Part shown: positions 7,649-16,197 of the stretch, piece by piece
Position numbering within the stretch: the stretch's first letter is position 1
Layout of the letters: every line of letters begins with the position of its first letter
Virus record (IMG/VR): IMGVR_UViG_3300025393_000055
Length of the DNA: 36,233 nucleotides
DNA from: a virus
Direction: 5' to 3' (one strand)
Notes under the pieces: generated by a model
What the model was told of the DNA's origin: nothing
The model's input: only the letters and a program-made list of their open reading frames with translations
Database searches by the model: none
Program-made: the position numbers and the translations under genes

Positions 7649-9331
7649 ATGACCGAGAAAATGCCTCTCAAAAATGCACTAGAAATGCACATCCGGGCGA
7701 AATACCCCCTGATCTGCATCGAAACGCACGAGGAGCCTCGTGTGGTTCAGATCCTCGCGGAGACCGCGGGCCCGGCTGGCCTGAACCGGAGCCTCCTGTA
7801 CTGGTCCGTGACCCGGGGCCTCCTCGACCTGACCCAGAACCTTCAGGAGATCGCCTCTGGCGAGATGAAGGTCCTTGAAGGGCGGGGGGTCCTCGTCCAG
7901 AAGACCCCGGAAGGCCTCTACGAGATCATCAGGGGCGAGCCCACACCGGGTCCTGCTGACCCCTACCAGATCCTTGAGGACATCGGCCGGTACCCAGAGC
8001 CCGGGATCTTCGTCCTCGCGGACTACCACCAGTATCTCCGGGAGCAGAACCCGGACCCGATCACCGTCAGGAAGGTGCGGGACCTGTTTGCGGATCTCAA
8101 GGACACCCGGAAGACCATCATCATGATCTGCCCCCGGCTCAGCCTCCCCGGCGACCTCGAGAAGGAGATCACCTACCTCGACCTCCCGCTCCCGAGCCGG
8201 GACGAGCTCGGCGCGATGCTGGATCAGGCCGTCGCGGAGATCCGGGAGATCGCGGAGGAAGGGAACGAGCGGACCCGGGAAGCCCTGGCGGTCATCGAGC
8301 CCCAGCTTGCTGACCGGGACAAGATCGTGGAGGCCGGGGCGGGCCTCACCCGGGCCGAGTGGGAGAACGTCATCGCGAAGTGTTTCGTCTCCCGCCGGCT
8401 GGAGACCAGCCTCATAAATCAGGAGAAGCGCCAGATCATCAAGAAAGGCGGCCTCTTAGAGTTCTTCGAGACCCCCGAAAGCATGGCCAGCGTCGGCGGG
8501 CTCGCGAACCTGAAAGCCTGGCTCACGAAGGCCAAGCTTCGGTTCACCCCGAAGGCCAAGGCGTTCGGCCTCACCCCGCCCCGGGGGATCCTGCTCGTCG
8601 GGCCGCCGGGCACCGGGAAGTCCCTCGTTGCGAAGGTCGCGAGCCACGAGCTCCAAATCCCCGCCCTCCGGCTCGACATGAGCATGATCGCGAGCAAGTA
8701 CTACGGGGAGACCTCCAATAATATCAGAAAAGCCCTCGATATGGCCGACGCGGTCGCTCCGGTCGAGTTCTGGCTGGACGAGGTGGAAAAGATGTTCGCC
8801 TCGGGCCAGGGGGGTACCGGCGGGCATGAGGAGACCATGCGGTCCCTCGGCGCAGTCCTCACGCACTTTGAGGAATCGACCCAGCCGGTCTTCCGGATCG
8901 CGACCTGCAACCAGATCCAGAACCTGCCGCCGGAGTTCATGGCGCGGTTCGAGAAGGTCTTCTTCGTGGACCTCCCGAACCATGCCGAGCGGCAGGAGAT
9001 CTTCGCGATCCACCTCCGGCAGGTGGGCCGGGACCCGGCGGGGTTCGACCTCGCCGCCCTCGCGGCCGCGACCGAGCGGTTCGTCGGCCGGGAGATCCGG
9101 AACCTCGTCCAGGAGGCCCTGCAGACCGCCTTCTACGAAGGGGTCGAGGTCACCACCGACCACCTGATCGTGGAGTCAGCGAAAGTTACGCCGATCTTCT
9201 CGCAGAAAGAGGACGAGATCAATGCCCTCCGCGAGTGGGCGGCAAAGAACGCGGAACCTGCCTCGGCGGTCGTCGCGGCCGAGCCCGCGAAGGCGAACAA
9301 GGGCAAGGGGCGGCGGGGGGTCGAGTTCTAA
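7649..9331 (+). CDS. Ycf46-like AAA+ ATPase
   Basis: IRAKYPLICIETHEEPR N-domain; VGGLANLKAWL; Walker A GPPGTGKS; Walker B WLDEVEK; PPEFMARFEKVFFVDLP; start inferred at 7649. Confidence 0.9.
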   Translation: MTEKMPLKNALEMHIRAKYPLICIETHEEPRVVQILAETAGPAGLNRSLLYWSVTRGLLDLTQNLQEIASGEMKVLEGRGVLVQKTPEGLYEIIRGEPTPGPADPYQILEDIGRYPEPGIFVLADYHQYLREQNPDPITVRKVRDLFADLKDTRKTIIMICPRLSLPGDLEKEITYLDLPLPSRDELGAMLDQAVAEIREIAEEGNERTREALAVIEPQLADRDKIVEAGAGLTRAEWENVIAKCFVSRRLETSLINQEKRQIIKKGGLLEFFETPESMASVGGLANLKAWLTKAKLRFTPKAKAFGLTPPRGILLVGPPGTGKSLVAKVASHELQIPALRLDMSMIASKYYGETSNNIRKALDMADAVAPVEFWLDEVEKMFASGQGGTGGHEETMRSLGAVLTHFEESTQPVFRIATCNQIQNLPPEFMARFEKVFFVDLPNHAERQEIFAIHLRQVGRDPAGFDLAALAAATERFVGREIRNLVQEALQTAFYEGVEVTTDHLIVESAKVTPIFSQKEDEINALREWAAKNAEPASAVVAAEPAKANKGKGRRGVEF

Positions 9332-9358
9332 CCCCCCTGCCTCTTTCGGAAAGGGTAA

Positions 9359-9424
9359 ATAGGATGACCGATAATATTCTGTTACTGACCTGCATGTGCA
9401 GGTTAAAATGGGTGATTTAAAATG
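9359..9424 (+). promoter_or_regulatory. Second operator block plus double-AAAATG leader
   Basis: ATAGGATGACCGATAATATTCTGTTACTGACCTGCATGTGCAG-GTT-AAAATGGGTGATTTAAAATG. Confidence 0.55.
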
Positions 9425-9811
9425 AGCCACATAACCACCATCAAGACCAAAGTCGTCCTGAAGGACGAGTCCCTCCTCCGGGAGGTCCTGGCCGGGATGC
9501 AGCGGACCCTGCCGGGGTTCACCATCGAGCAGTCCACGAACAAGCAGGGCGACCGGCAGATCCTCGTCCGCTACGCCCCCATCGAGACGTTCCAGAAGAA
9601 CGGCAACCTCCGGTTCGTCCTGAAGGACGGGGCCTGGCAGATGCAGGGCGACGACTACAAGTGCTGGAATGAGTTCAAGGCCGTCACCGACCAGGTCCTC
9701 GTCGGCTACCAGCAGGCCGCCCTCCAGCGGGTGCTGATCCGGAACCGCTACTCGACCACGGCGCAGGCGTTCTCCCCATCCTGCGTCACGATGCACGCGA
9801 GGAGGTTCTGA
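9422..9811 (+). CDS. DUF1257 (Ycf35-like) protein
   Basis: MSHITTIKTK...LLREVL N-terminus and position after Ycf46-like AAA. Confidence 0.75.
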   Translation: MSHITTIKTKVVLKDESLLREVLAGMQRTLPGFTIEQSTNKQGDRQILVRYAPIETFQKNGNLRFVLKDGAWQMQGDDYKCWNEFKAVTDQVLVGYQQAALQRVLIRNRYSTTAQAFSPSCVTMHARRF

Positions 9812-9813
9812 CC

Positions 9814-10029
9814 ATGGCCGAAGAGTACGAGATCGAGATCACCCCGCAGGGCATCAGGCTCGACGCCAGGGGGTTCCAGAACAAGGCCTGCCTGAAAGAA
9901 CTCGCGGAGATCGAGCGGATGCTCAAGGACCTCGGCATCGAGACCACACTTGGAGACCAGAAGCTCAAGCGCGAGGCGATGCTCGCGGACAACACCCCGC
10001 AGACTACTCGGCGGGAGGTGCGGCGATGA
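9814..10029 (+). CDS. DUF2997-like protein
   Basis: IEITPQGIRLDARGFQNKAC...IERML; canonical neighbour of DUF1257. Confidence 0.7.
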   Translation: MAEEYEIEITPQGIRLDARGFQNKACLKELAEIERMLKDLGIETTLGDQKLKREAMLADNTPQTTRREVRR

Positions 10030-10229
10030 TCCCGATCATCTCCACCCCGCCGGAGGAGGCCGCCCGCTACCTCGGCACCGGTCTCCCGACCGAGCTGAAC
10101 GCTCAGGTCGGCCCGGACGCCCTCACCCTCTGGGCCGACTACCCCTACGACGAGCCGGCCCTCCTCGCGGAACTCGCGGCCCTCGGCATCGAGGTGGCGC
10201 AGCCGCCCCAGTTCTCCCCCTGCGGGTGA
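10026..10229 (+). CDS. Hypothetical protein
   Basis: Overlap-coupled ORF ending FSPCG. Confidence 0.6.
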   Translation: MIPIISTPPEEAARYLGTGLPTELNAQVGPDALTLWADYPYDEPALLAELAALGIEVAQPPQFSPCG

Positions 10230-10891
10230 TGGCGATGGAGAAGATCTACATCGTGCAGGTCCGGATGTCCAGCCAGAACCACACCGAGAAGGCGTCCGAA
10301 GAGGTCTCCTCGAAGGTCTCGATGATCTTCTACACCTTCCCGAAAGAGACCCGGCAGAAGATCTCGGCCTGCCGGCAGCGGTTCAAAGGCCCGATCTACA
10401 AGGAGACCATCGCCTACCCGCCGAAGACGAGCGACTCGACCGGGTTCTCGCGGCTCTACCTGTGCAACGAGACCCAGCAGAAGACCATTGAGGCCCGGAT
10501 CGCGGAGGCCGATGTGGCGATGAAGGAGATCCACCCGGACCTCCGGGCGGCGGTGGACTTTCTCCCTCTGGACGCGGCCGAGATCGGGCGGGGGGCGCTC
10601 TACGAGCAGATCGCGGACTCGATCAAGTACAAGGTCTTGAACCAGGCGTTTGAGAAACTGGCTCATGTCGTCCTGGACGAGAACTCCGTCCTGACCCCCA
10701 GGACCAAGGCCCGGCTCAGGAAGATGGTCGATCAGCTCGACGCCCTGAACATCCTAGAGGACGAGGATGTCACGGCCAAGATCGCCTCCATCCGGCAGAA
10801 GATCGAGGACGAGGCGATCATGCCCCTCAAGGGCGAGCTCGCGGACGACCTCAAGGTGCTGAAGGGGCGGTTTCATGCGCTCGAGTTCTGA
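10229..10891 (+). CDS. Helical hypothetical protein (possibly DUF3150-like) with RFxxLEF tail
   Basis: TGATG coupling; ends KGRFHALEF; DUF3150 guess is from context only. Confidence 0.7.
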   Translation: MAMEKIYIVQVRMSSQNHTEKASEEVSSKVSMIFYTFPKETRQKISACRQRFKGPIYKETIAYPPKTSDSTGFSRLYLCNETQQKTIEARIAEADVAMKEIHPDLRAAVDFLPLDAAEIGRGALYEQIADSIKYKVLNQAFEKLAHVVLDENSVLTPRTKARLRKMVDQLDALNILEDEDVTAKIASIRQKIEDEAIMPLKGELADDLKVLKGRFHALEF

Positions 10892-10927
10892 GGGGCGGGG
10901 CTACCCCCCGCTCGCCTGGGGGGCCCG

Positions 10928-11182
10928 ATGACGATTTGTGGTTGCTGGGAGCATTATCCCCCTCCCCCACAGGTCTATGATCCCGCGACGGATCTCCAGA
11001 TGATCCGGCACGAGGTCGAGGAGATCCTGCGAACCCAGCAGGCCATCAGTTCCCGACTGGACCGGCTCGCCGCGGTAACCCCCGGGGTACGAGAACTCCG
11101 GGCCGGGGTGCAGCCCTCGGTCCCCCGCACTCACGAGGGCCGGTTCAGGACGCTGGAGTTCCCGGCGCAGGAGGAACCATGA
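10928..11182 (+). CDS. Hypothetical protein with RFxxLEF motif
   Basis: EGRFRTLEF near C-terminus. Confidence 0.6.
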   Translation: MTICGCWEHYPPPPQVYDPATDLQMIRHEVEEILRTQQAISSRLDRLAAVTPGVRELRAGVQPSVPRTHEGRFRTLEFPAQEEP

Positions 11183-11517
11183 GCCCCCGCGATGAGCCGC
11201 CGAAAGACCTCGCCAGCCAGCGGTACCGGGAGTTCTTTGAGGCCTTCGCCAGGTCTGGGCGACCCACGTACCAGATCTCCGGGCGCGACGAGTATGCGTT
11301 CCTGTGGCGTCAGCGGCACCGGGACCGGGTGGCGGAGCGTAATGCCTCGAAGGCCTGGTTCGATGAGCTCATGCCCGGGCCTCCCGCCCGGGTTACCCCG
11401 CCAGAGCCAGAACCCCGCGAAGAGGTTCCCGAGCCGGAGCCGCGGGAGGTCGCCCCGGTGGAGACTCCTCCGGCCCCCCCGAAGCGGAAGGGCCGGTTCC
11501 AGACGCTGGAGCTGTGA
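11179..11517 (+). CDS. Hypothetical protein, Pro/Glu-rich linker, RFxxLEL tail
   Basis: ATGA coupling; ends KGRFQTLEL. Confidence 0.7.
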   Translation: MSPRDEPPKDLASQRYREFFEAFARSGRPTYQISGRDEYAFLWRQRHRDRVAERNASKAWFDELMPGPPARVTPPEPEPREEVPEPEPREVAPVETPPAPPKRKGRFQTLEL

Positions 11518-12128
11518 CGATGCCTCCGAGGAATCCCGCCCGATATGACGCCCCCATCCACACCTTCGTGGGGGGGGCCCTAGGGGCAGGCAAGACCCGG
11601 GCCGCGATGGAGGTCATCCCGCACGCCCCAGACATCTGGCATACCCTCTGGCCGGAAGACCCGGCGCCGGGGGGAGAGTGGTCGGGCGGGAGGTGGAATC
11701 CCCAGACCCCCGCGAGCCCGCAGGAGTTCAGCAGGTTCTCCCAAGGAGATCTGTCCCTCCTGGCCCGGGGAAGAGGGGTCTCCTCGACTGTGGAGATCGG
11801 GGGGGAGCCGCACCGTGTCGCGGCCCTGATCTCCTCAAAGGAGGGACACGTCTGGATCTGCCCGACCATTAAAGAGGTTGCCGCGAAGGCGCACGCGATT
11901 CAGGGGGAGTGCTGGCAAGCCCTCGCGGCACCCCCGGGGCAGTTCATCCCGCCTCAGACCGCCAGCATCGCCAAGGGGCCGATCCGCGTGATCAAGGTCC
12001 CCCGGAACCCCCGGCAGGGGCCGGGCTGGTACGTCTATCTCTGCGTGCCCCTCGGGGCCGAAAGCCCGCCCCCGGAGCCCGAACCGAAGAAGAGATCGCA
12101 GAGCCGATTCAAAAACCTCGAACTCTAA
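11514..12128 (+). CDS. Hypothetical protein with RFxxLEL tail
   Basis: Ends QSRFKNLEL; start GTG 11514 or ATG 11520. Confidence 0.65.
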   Translation: MTMPPRNPARYDAPIHTFVGGALGAGKTRAAMEVIPHAPDIWHTLWPEDPAPGGEWSGGRWNPQTPASPQEFSRFSQGDLSLLARGRGVSSTVEIGGEPHRVAALISSKEGHVWICPTIKEVAAKAHAIQGECWQALAAPPGQFIPPQTASIAKGPIRVIKVPRNPRQGPGWYVYLCVPLGAESPPPEPEPKKRSQSRFKNLEL

Positions 12129-12162
12129 CCCATTACAAAACCTGAAAAATGGAGTGACTAAA

Positions 12163-12486
12163 ATGCGTACCCTCTACTATCCCGCACAGCAGGGCCGGCA
12201 GGCAGACCTCTGCCGCACCCTCGCCGCCAGCATCCTGAACCTCATCCGGGCCCCGGAGGCCGCCGAGCAGTACAAGCTCGGCTTCACCGCCGCGAACCTC
12301 CGCGCCGAAGGCGTCGAGATCCCCGCCGGGGCCATGAACCTCCTGGAGGTCCGGGGCTGGATCGCCCGGTCCCCGGAATGGACGAAAACAAAGCCCCGGG
12401 CCGGGATCTGGCTCCTCACCCCGGAAGCCGTCCGGTTCCTGGACGACAACGGGCTCGCTACCTCTTCCGGGGGTGCGACGGCATGA
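12163..12486 (+). CDS. Hypothetical protein, possible winged helix
   Basis: Leader AAAAATGGAGTGACTAAAATG; LEVRGWI...WLLTPEA pattern. Confidence 0.65.
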   Translation: MRTLYYPAQQGRQADLCRTLAASILNLIRAPEAAEQYKLGFTAANLRAEGVEIPAGAMNLLEVRGWIARSPEWTKTKPRAGIWLLTPEAVRFLDDNGLATSSGGATA

Positions 12487-12725
12487 GCGGCCTGAGCGTC
12501 ATCACCGACAAAACCGCGGATGCCGTGCTCGACGCCCTCGAGAAGAAAGGCTACGAGCAGACGGGCCTCACAAAGCCCCGGCCGGAGGAGGCCGTGATCA
12601 CCCTCCACTACCGGCAGTATCGGATCCGGTTCACCGTCCGGGTCGCGGACGAGGCCGACCCCGAACCGGAGGAGGAGCACCGCTGCACCTGCCCGACCTG
12701 CACCTGCCAGCACGGGGGGGCCTGA
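12483..12725 (+). CDS. Hypothetical protein with Cys-rich tail
   Basis: ATGA coupling; HRCTCPTCTC. Confidence 0.65.
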   Translation: MSGLSVITDKTADAVLDALEKKGYEQTGLTKPRPEEAVITLHYRQYRIRFTVRVADEADPEPEEEHRCTCPTCTCQHGGA

Positions 12726-12726
12726 G

Positions 12727-13107
12727 ATGCCGCCGACCGTCGAAGAGGCCTGGTCCGCGGTAGTCAAGACCCTGCCGGGAGAACCCCGGCCCCGGGTTGT
12801 CACCGTCAGCAAGGACGCCGGGAGCCTCCAGCAGTATGTCACCGACCTCGCCGCCGCCAACCCCCGGGCCACCTACCGGATCGTCCCGGTCCTGGTCGTC
12901 GGGATGGACGGGGTCCAGGTGGGGGACGAGGTCCGGGTCGTGACCTCGCAGGGGAAGCAGGCCTCGACCAGCTACGTCACGGAGATCCGGGACGGCCTCG
13001 CGAAGGTCCGGTATGGGGCTGGCGGCGGCACCAGCGAGGTTCCGGTCGAGCGCCTGGAAGTGGTGTCGCGCTGGGTGCGGTTCCCCCGGGCCGGGGAGGC
13101 GAGATAG
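12727..13107 (+). CDS. Hypothetical protein with SH3/KOW-like C-terminal part
   Basis: VQVGDEVRV...VTEIRDGLAKVRY...VPVERLEVV. Confidence 0.6.
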   Translation: MPPTVEEAWSAVVKTLPGEPRPRVVTVSKDAGSLQQYVTDLAAANPRATYRIVPVLVVGMDGVQVGDEVRVVTSQGKQASTSYVTEIRDGLAKVRYGAGGGTSEVPVERLEVVSRWVRFPRAGEAR

Positions 13108-13111
13108 CCCC

Positions 13112-13293
13112 ATGCCCCCCTGCCCGAAAAGGAGTTCTGCATCCTGTGTGGGAAGGACGTATCCCGGTCCTCGTAATCGACATGCCGGGGCGAGAAAAAG
13201 TACCTCCCGTACTGCAAGAAATGTGCCGTGGCGATGTTCCCGAGCTTTGCAGAGGTCTTCCCAATAGCATTTTGGTCTAAGAGAAAACCCTGA
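13112..13293 (+). pseudogene. Degraded zinc-finger gene
   Basis: CILCG and CKKC halves lie across frameshifts/an in-frame TAA after ATG-CCCCCC. Confidence 0.4.
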
Positions 13294-13327
13294 GTACTCC
13301 CCCAGCACCCTAACTTTTTCTCCCCAT

Positions 13328-13360
13328 ACATTTATAATCCCTCACGAAACAAATATAAAT
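13328..13360 (+). promoter_or_regulatory. AT-rich archaeal TATA-like promoter
   Basis: TTTATAAT and AAATATAAAT upstream of leader and ATG 13403. Confidence 0.5.
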
Positions 13361-13402
13361 TGCTATTGATGTCAGGGGGATACTGTAAAATGTGGTGGAA
13401 CA

Positions 13403-13684
13403 ATGCGATTAGTACCAGCAGCGATCTGTCGGGCTGACGGCGAGACGATGGCCCGGTGCTACAACGGGCGGCTCTACGTCGCTCAAGGAGCCTATTCTGA
13501 GAAGGAGGAGGCGGAAGCGTATGCCAGCACCTGCCGGGGCGAGGGCGGTCTCGCCCGGGTGACCCAGGAGCGGAAACCCCGCCGGATGCGGACCTCCAAG
13601 CAGTACATGTGGGTGGTCTGGGCGTGCCCGGCCGAGACCGTCGCGGACAATCTGGAGGGTGAGGAGGTGGCCGCATGTCCGTAG
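13403..13684 (+). CDS. FDGK-family protein
   Basis: RCYNGRLY...YSEKEEAEAYA...GGLARVTQ...YMWVVW. Confidence 0.7.
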   Translation: MRLVPAAICRADGETMARCYNGRLYVAQGAYSEKEEAEAYASTCRGEGGLARVTQERKPRRMRTSKQYMWVVWACPAETVADNLEGEEVAACP

Positions 13685-13932
13685 CCCGGCAGGTGACGAT
13701 CCATGTCGCCCTGAACCCCGACCAGAACCGGAAGCTGATCCGGGGCAAGGTCTTCGAGCGGTATGGAACCTATCCGTCTCTGGACGATGCGATCCAGGTC
13801 GCGGGCTGGCTCCGCTCCAAGGAGGGCCGGATCCACCCCGACCACTGGACGATCTCCGAGGTTGTGGACTGCGGGGCCCGGCCCGGCCGGGACCGCTACG
13901 CGGTCTTCGTGCGGAAAGGCCGGGTCCTCTGA
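13675..13932 (+). CDS. FDGK-family-like protein
   Basis: IRGKVFERYGTYPSLDDAIQVAGWLR...YAVFVRKGR; GAGGAGGTG RBS. Confidence 0.65.
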   Translation: MSVARQVTIHVALNPDQNRKLIRGKVFERYGTYPSLDDAIQVAGWLRSKEGRIHPDHWTISEVVDCGARPGRDRYAVFVRKGRVL

Positions 13933-14355
13933 GCCCGGATCTCCTGCCGCAGGCGCCCTCTCCCGGGGGGCATCTCCCCTCTCTTCTCCGGCACAATTCT
14001 CTCCCGGCACCCCCCGCTCAAAACGCGATAGCGTGGCTCTGGTGCGATCCTGCGATCCGAGGATGTGCGGCATGGCCCGCCGGGAGCCTCGCCCAAACCT
14101 AAGCCTCGTTCCGCTCAAACGAAGGGCGGATCGGGCTTCGTTGCCCGTATAGCAACATATGGTTTATGGGCGAAACCGTGGCCGCCTGGGTGCAGGATCG
14201 CCCGGATCTCACTGGACGGCAGGGGGTTCGGGAACCCGCCCATGATCTTCTGTTTCCTGCCGATTTTCTGCACATGCAACTTTCTCGTTGCCCGGTTGGA
14301 AACCTTCATGTGGGATCGTCACCCATCCCCTCCGTACCCACACGGAGTGTTTAAA

Positions 14356-14847
14356 ATGCGCTGGACAAATGAGCAGCAAGCCCTGATCGTAAAATATCGT
14401 GGAACGAACGCCCCTTCTCCCACACTCTTGACGCGGATCCCCGAAGGGGATCGAAGATATAAATGCCCGGTCTGCCACCTCGTCCTCTCTTCTGCCGACC
14501 TCATCGAGGGCCGGTGCCCCGTCTGCGGCGAGGCCGAGGCCCTGCGGATCATGTGCCCCCTCGACCACACCCACTGCCCTCATGCCGTCGTTGAGTCGCT
14601 GGCCTACTGCCCCCTCTGCGGCGAGCCGGTCTGCCCGGAGTGCGGGAGCCATGATGTCTCCCAAATGAGCCGGATTACGGGTTACATCGGGGATTTAAGC
14701 GGCTGGAACGCCGGGAAACAGCAGGAACTGAAGGATAGAACCCGCTACGACCCCTTCGACCTCGCGGCCGTCCCGGCCCCAGCTCCGGCGAAGGTGCCGC
14801 CGCCGCCCGCCCACGCCCTCCCGGCCCCGATCGAGGTCGCGGATTAG
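14356..14847 (+). CDS. Stand-alone NrdD C-terminal-like protein (Zn ribbons + glycyl-radical loop)
   Basis: Multiple CxxC, CPECGSHDV, SRITGY glycyl motif, WNAGKQQELKDR; resembles small methanogen NrdD-related proteins. Confidence 0.8.
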   Translation: MRWTNEQQALIVKYRGTNAPSPTLLTRIPEGDRRYKCPVCHLVLSSADLIEGRCPVCGEAEALRIMCPLDHTHCPHAVVESLAYCPLCGEPVCPECGSHDVSQMSRITGYIGDLSGWNAGKQQELKDRTRYDPFDLAAVPAPAPAKVPPPPAHALPAPIEVAD

Positions 14848-14986
14848 CGAAGATTGGGGAAACGATCTCCCCGCCCGACAATTCTTTTCCCTCTTCTCGC
14901 CCTCGCAGGGGGGCTTCCAGGTTCTGGATTAGATAAGTATTGGAGAACGGCAACCTCTTTCCCGACAACGCCCCAATACCTGTACC

Positions 14987-15262
14987 ATGACCCCCTACGA
15001 GTACGCCGTCCTCCTCCACCCCGCCGCCGAAGGCGGGTTCTGGGCCGAGGTGCCGGCGCTCCCCGGCTGCCTCGCGCAGGGGGGGACCGTCGAAGAGATG
15101 CTGGCGAACGTGCAGGAGGCCGCCGGGGCGCACCTGCGGGCGCTGCGGGAGGACGGAAAAATGGTGCCGGAAGAAAAGGGGATGCTGGTCGCCCGGGTCA
15201 GGGTCGGTCGCGAGGCTTCCGCACCTGGGATCGCCGGTAGATCGGGTACCGGGACCCCGTGA
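14987..15262 (+). CDS. hicB: HicB-like antitoxin (no HicA partner seen)
   Basis: EGGFWAEVPALPGCLAQGGTVEEMLANVQEA. Confidence 0.85.
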   Translation: MTPYEYAVLLHPAAEGGFWAEVPALPGCLAQGGTVEEMLANVQEAAGAHLRALREDGKMVPEEKGMLVARVRVGREASAPGIAGRSGTGTP

Positions 15263-15410
15263 CCGGGTTGAGGATCTCCCCTACTTTGAGGTGGTAGAAC
15301 CCCTTCTCCGCATTCTCCCGGATCCGGGCGACGTGGAGGAAAAGGTTGGTGTCGTGGGCCACCAGGGCCTCGAGGGCGAGGAGGTCCTTAACGAGGGTTG
15401 CTTGGTCCAT
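15198..15410 (-). CDS. Hypothetical protein
   Basis: Follows 15414 gene in the minus-strand block; 3' end overlaps hicB. Confidence 0.45.
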   Translation of the reverse strand: MDQATLVKDLLALEALVAHDTNLFLHVARIRENAEKGFYHLKVGEILNPVTGSRYPIYRRSQVRKPRDRP

Positions 15411-15413
15411 GGC

Positions 15414-15638
15414 TCACCCCTCCCCCCTCTGCCGGTGGCACGGGTGCAGCTCGGCCCCGGTCGGGACCCGGTCAATGGTGTCCGCAAGCTGCCACGGCCC
15501 CATATTGACCCGGTACAAGACCCCCGGGGAGAACTTAGGATACTCCCCCGCATATCTCCTAAAAAACCCTTCAATCCCACGCCAGGCGACCGGCACATCG
15601 GGGGCCAGAGGGGCTTTAGCGGGCGTCATCTGATCCAT
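15414..15638 (-). CDS. Hypothetical protein
   Basis: Tightly packed in minus-strand operon. Confidence 0.5.
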   Translation of the reverse strand: MDQMTPAKAPLAPDVPVAWRGIEGFFRRYAGEYPKFSPGVLYRVNMGPWQLADTIDRVPTGAELHPCHRQRGEG

Positions 15639-15888
15639 GGCCCCCCTCCTGAAGCAGGCATCTCACCTCAGCCCGGACAGCGGGATCCTTGAGCAGTTCC
15701 AGGAGTTGAGACGCCCCGCCGGGAACGGTTCCCCCTCGCCGTCCGAGGTCTGCCGCGATGAGGGTTGCGAGGTATTCGCTGATGCTCTCGAACGGCGGGT
15801 TCTCCCCCTCGGTCAGCGCCCTCACTTTTTGGTAGGTCTCCCGGCTGACCCGGCAGGCGATCTGGTTTTTCTTTGATTCTGAGCCCAT
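15616..15888 (-). CDS. Ribbon-helix-helix DNA-binding protein
   Basis: QIACRVSRETYQKVRALT...SISEYLATLI. Confidence 0.65.
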   Translation of the reverse strand: MGSESKKNQIACRVSRETYQKVRALTEGENPPFESISEYLATLIAADLGRRGGTVPGGASQLLELLKDPAVRAEVRCLLQEGGHGSDDAR

Positions 15889-15894
15889 CTCCCC

Positions 15895-16197
15895 TCAGTC
15901 CTCCTCCCCCTGTGTTGCACCCGGCGGGGAGATAATGCTTCCCCAGATCTGCTTTGCAAGGGTATCAGCAACCCGGATCACGGCATTTACATCTGCCGAG
16001 CTGGCAACCGTCAACTGGTAGGTTTTGGCATCTCCTTCGGGGGCCCCGGGGTCGATACAGACCGCGTCCAGGCAATAGCACCCCGCGTCGGGGTCGTACA
16101 GCACGACAAACCCCACTACGGCTTCGACCGGGATGTAGTGCAGGATCACATCCGTTCCGCCGGTTCCATCAAGTTTCAATACAGGCATTTCCTCCAT
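15895..16197 (-). CDS. Hypothetical acidic protein
   Basis: 100 aa ORF in operon. Confidence 0.6.
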   Translation of the reverse strand: MEEMPVLKLDGTGGTDVILHYIPVEAVVGFVVLYDPDAGCYCLDAVCIDPGAPEGDAKTYQLTVASSADVNAVIRVADTLAKQIWGSIISPPGATQGEED

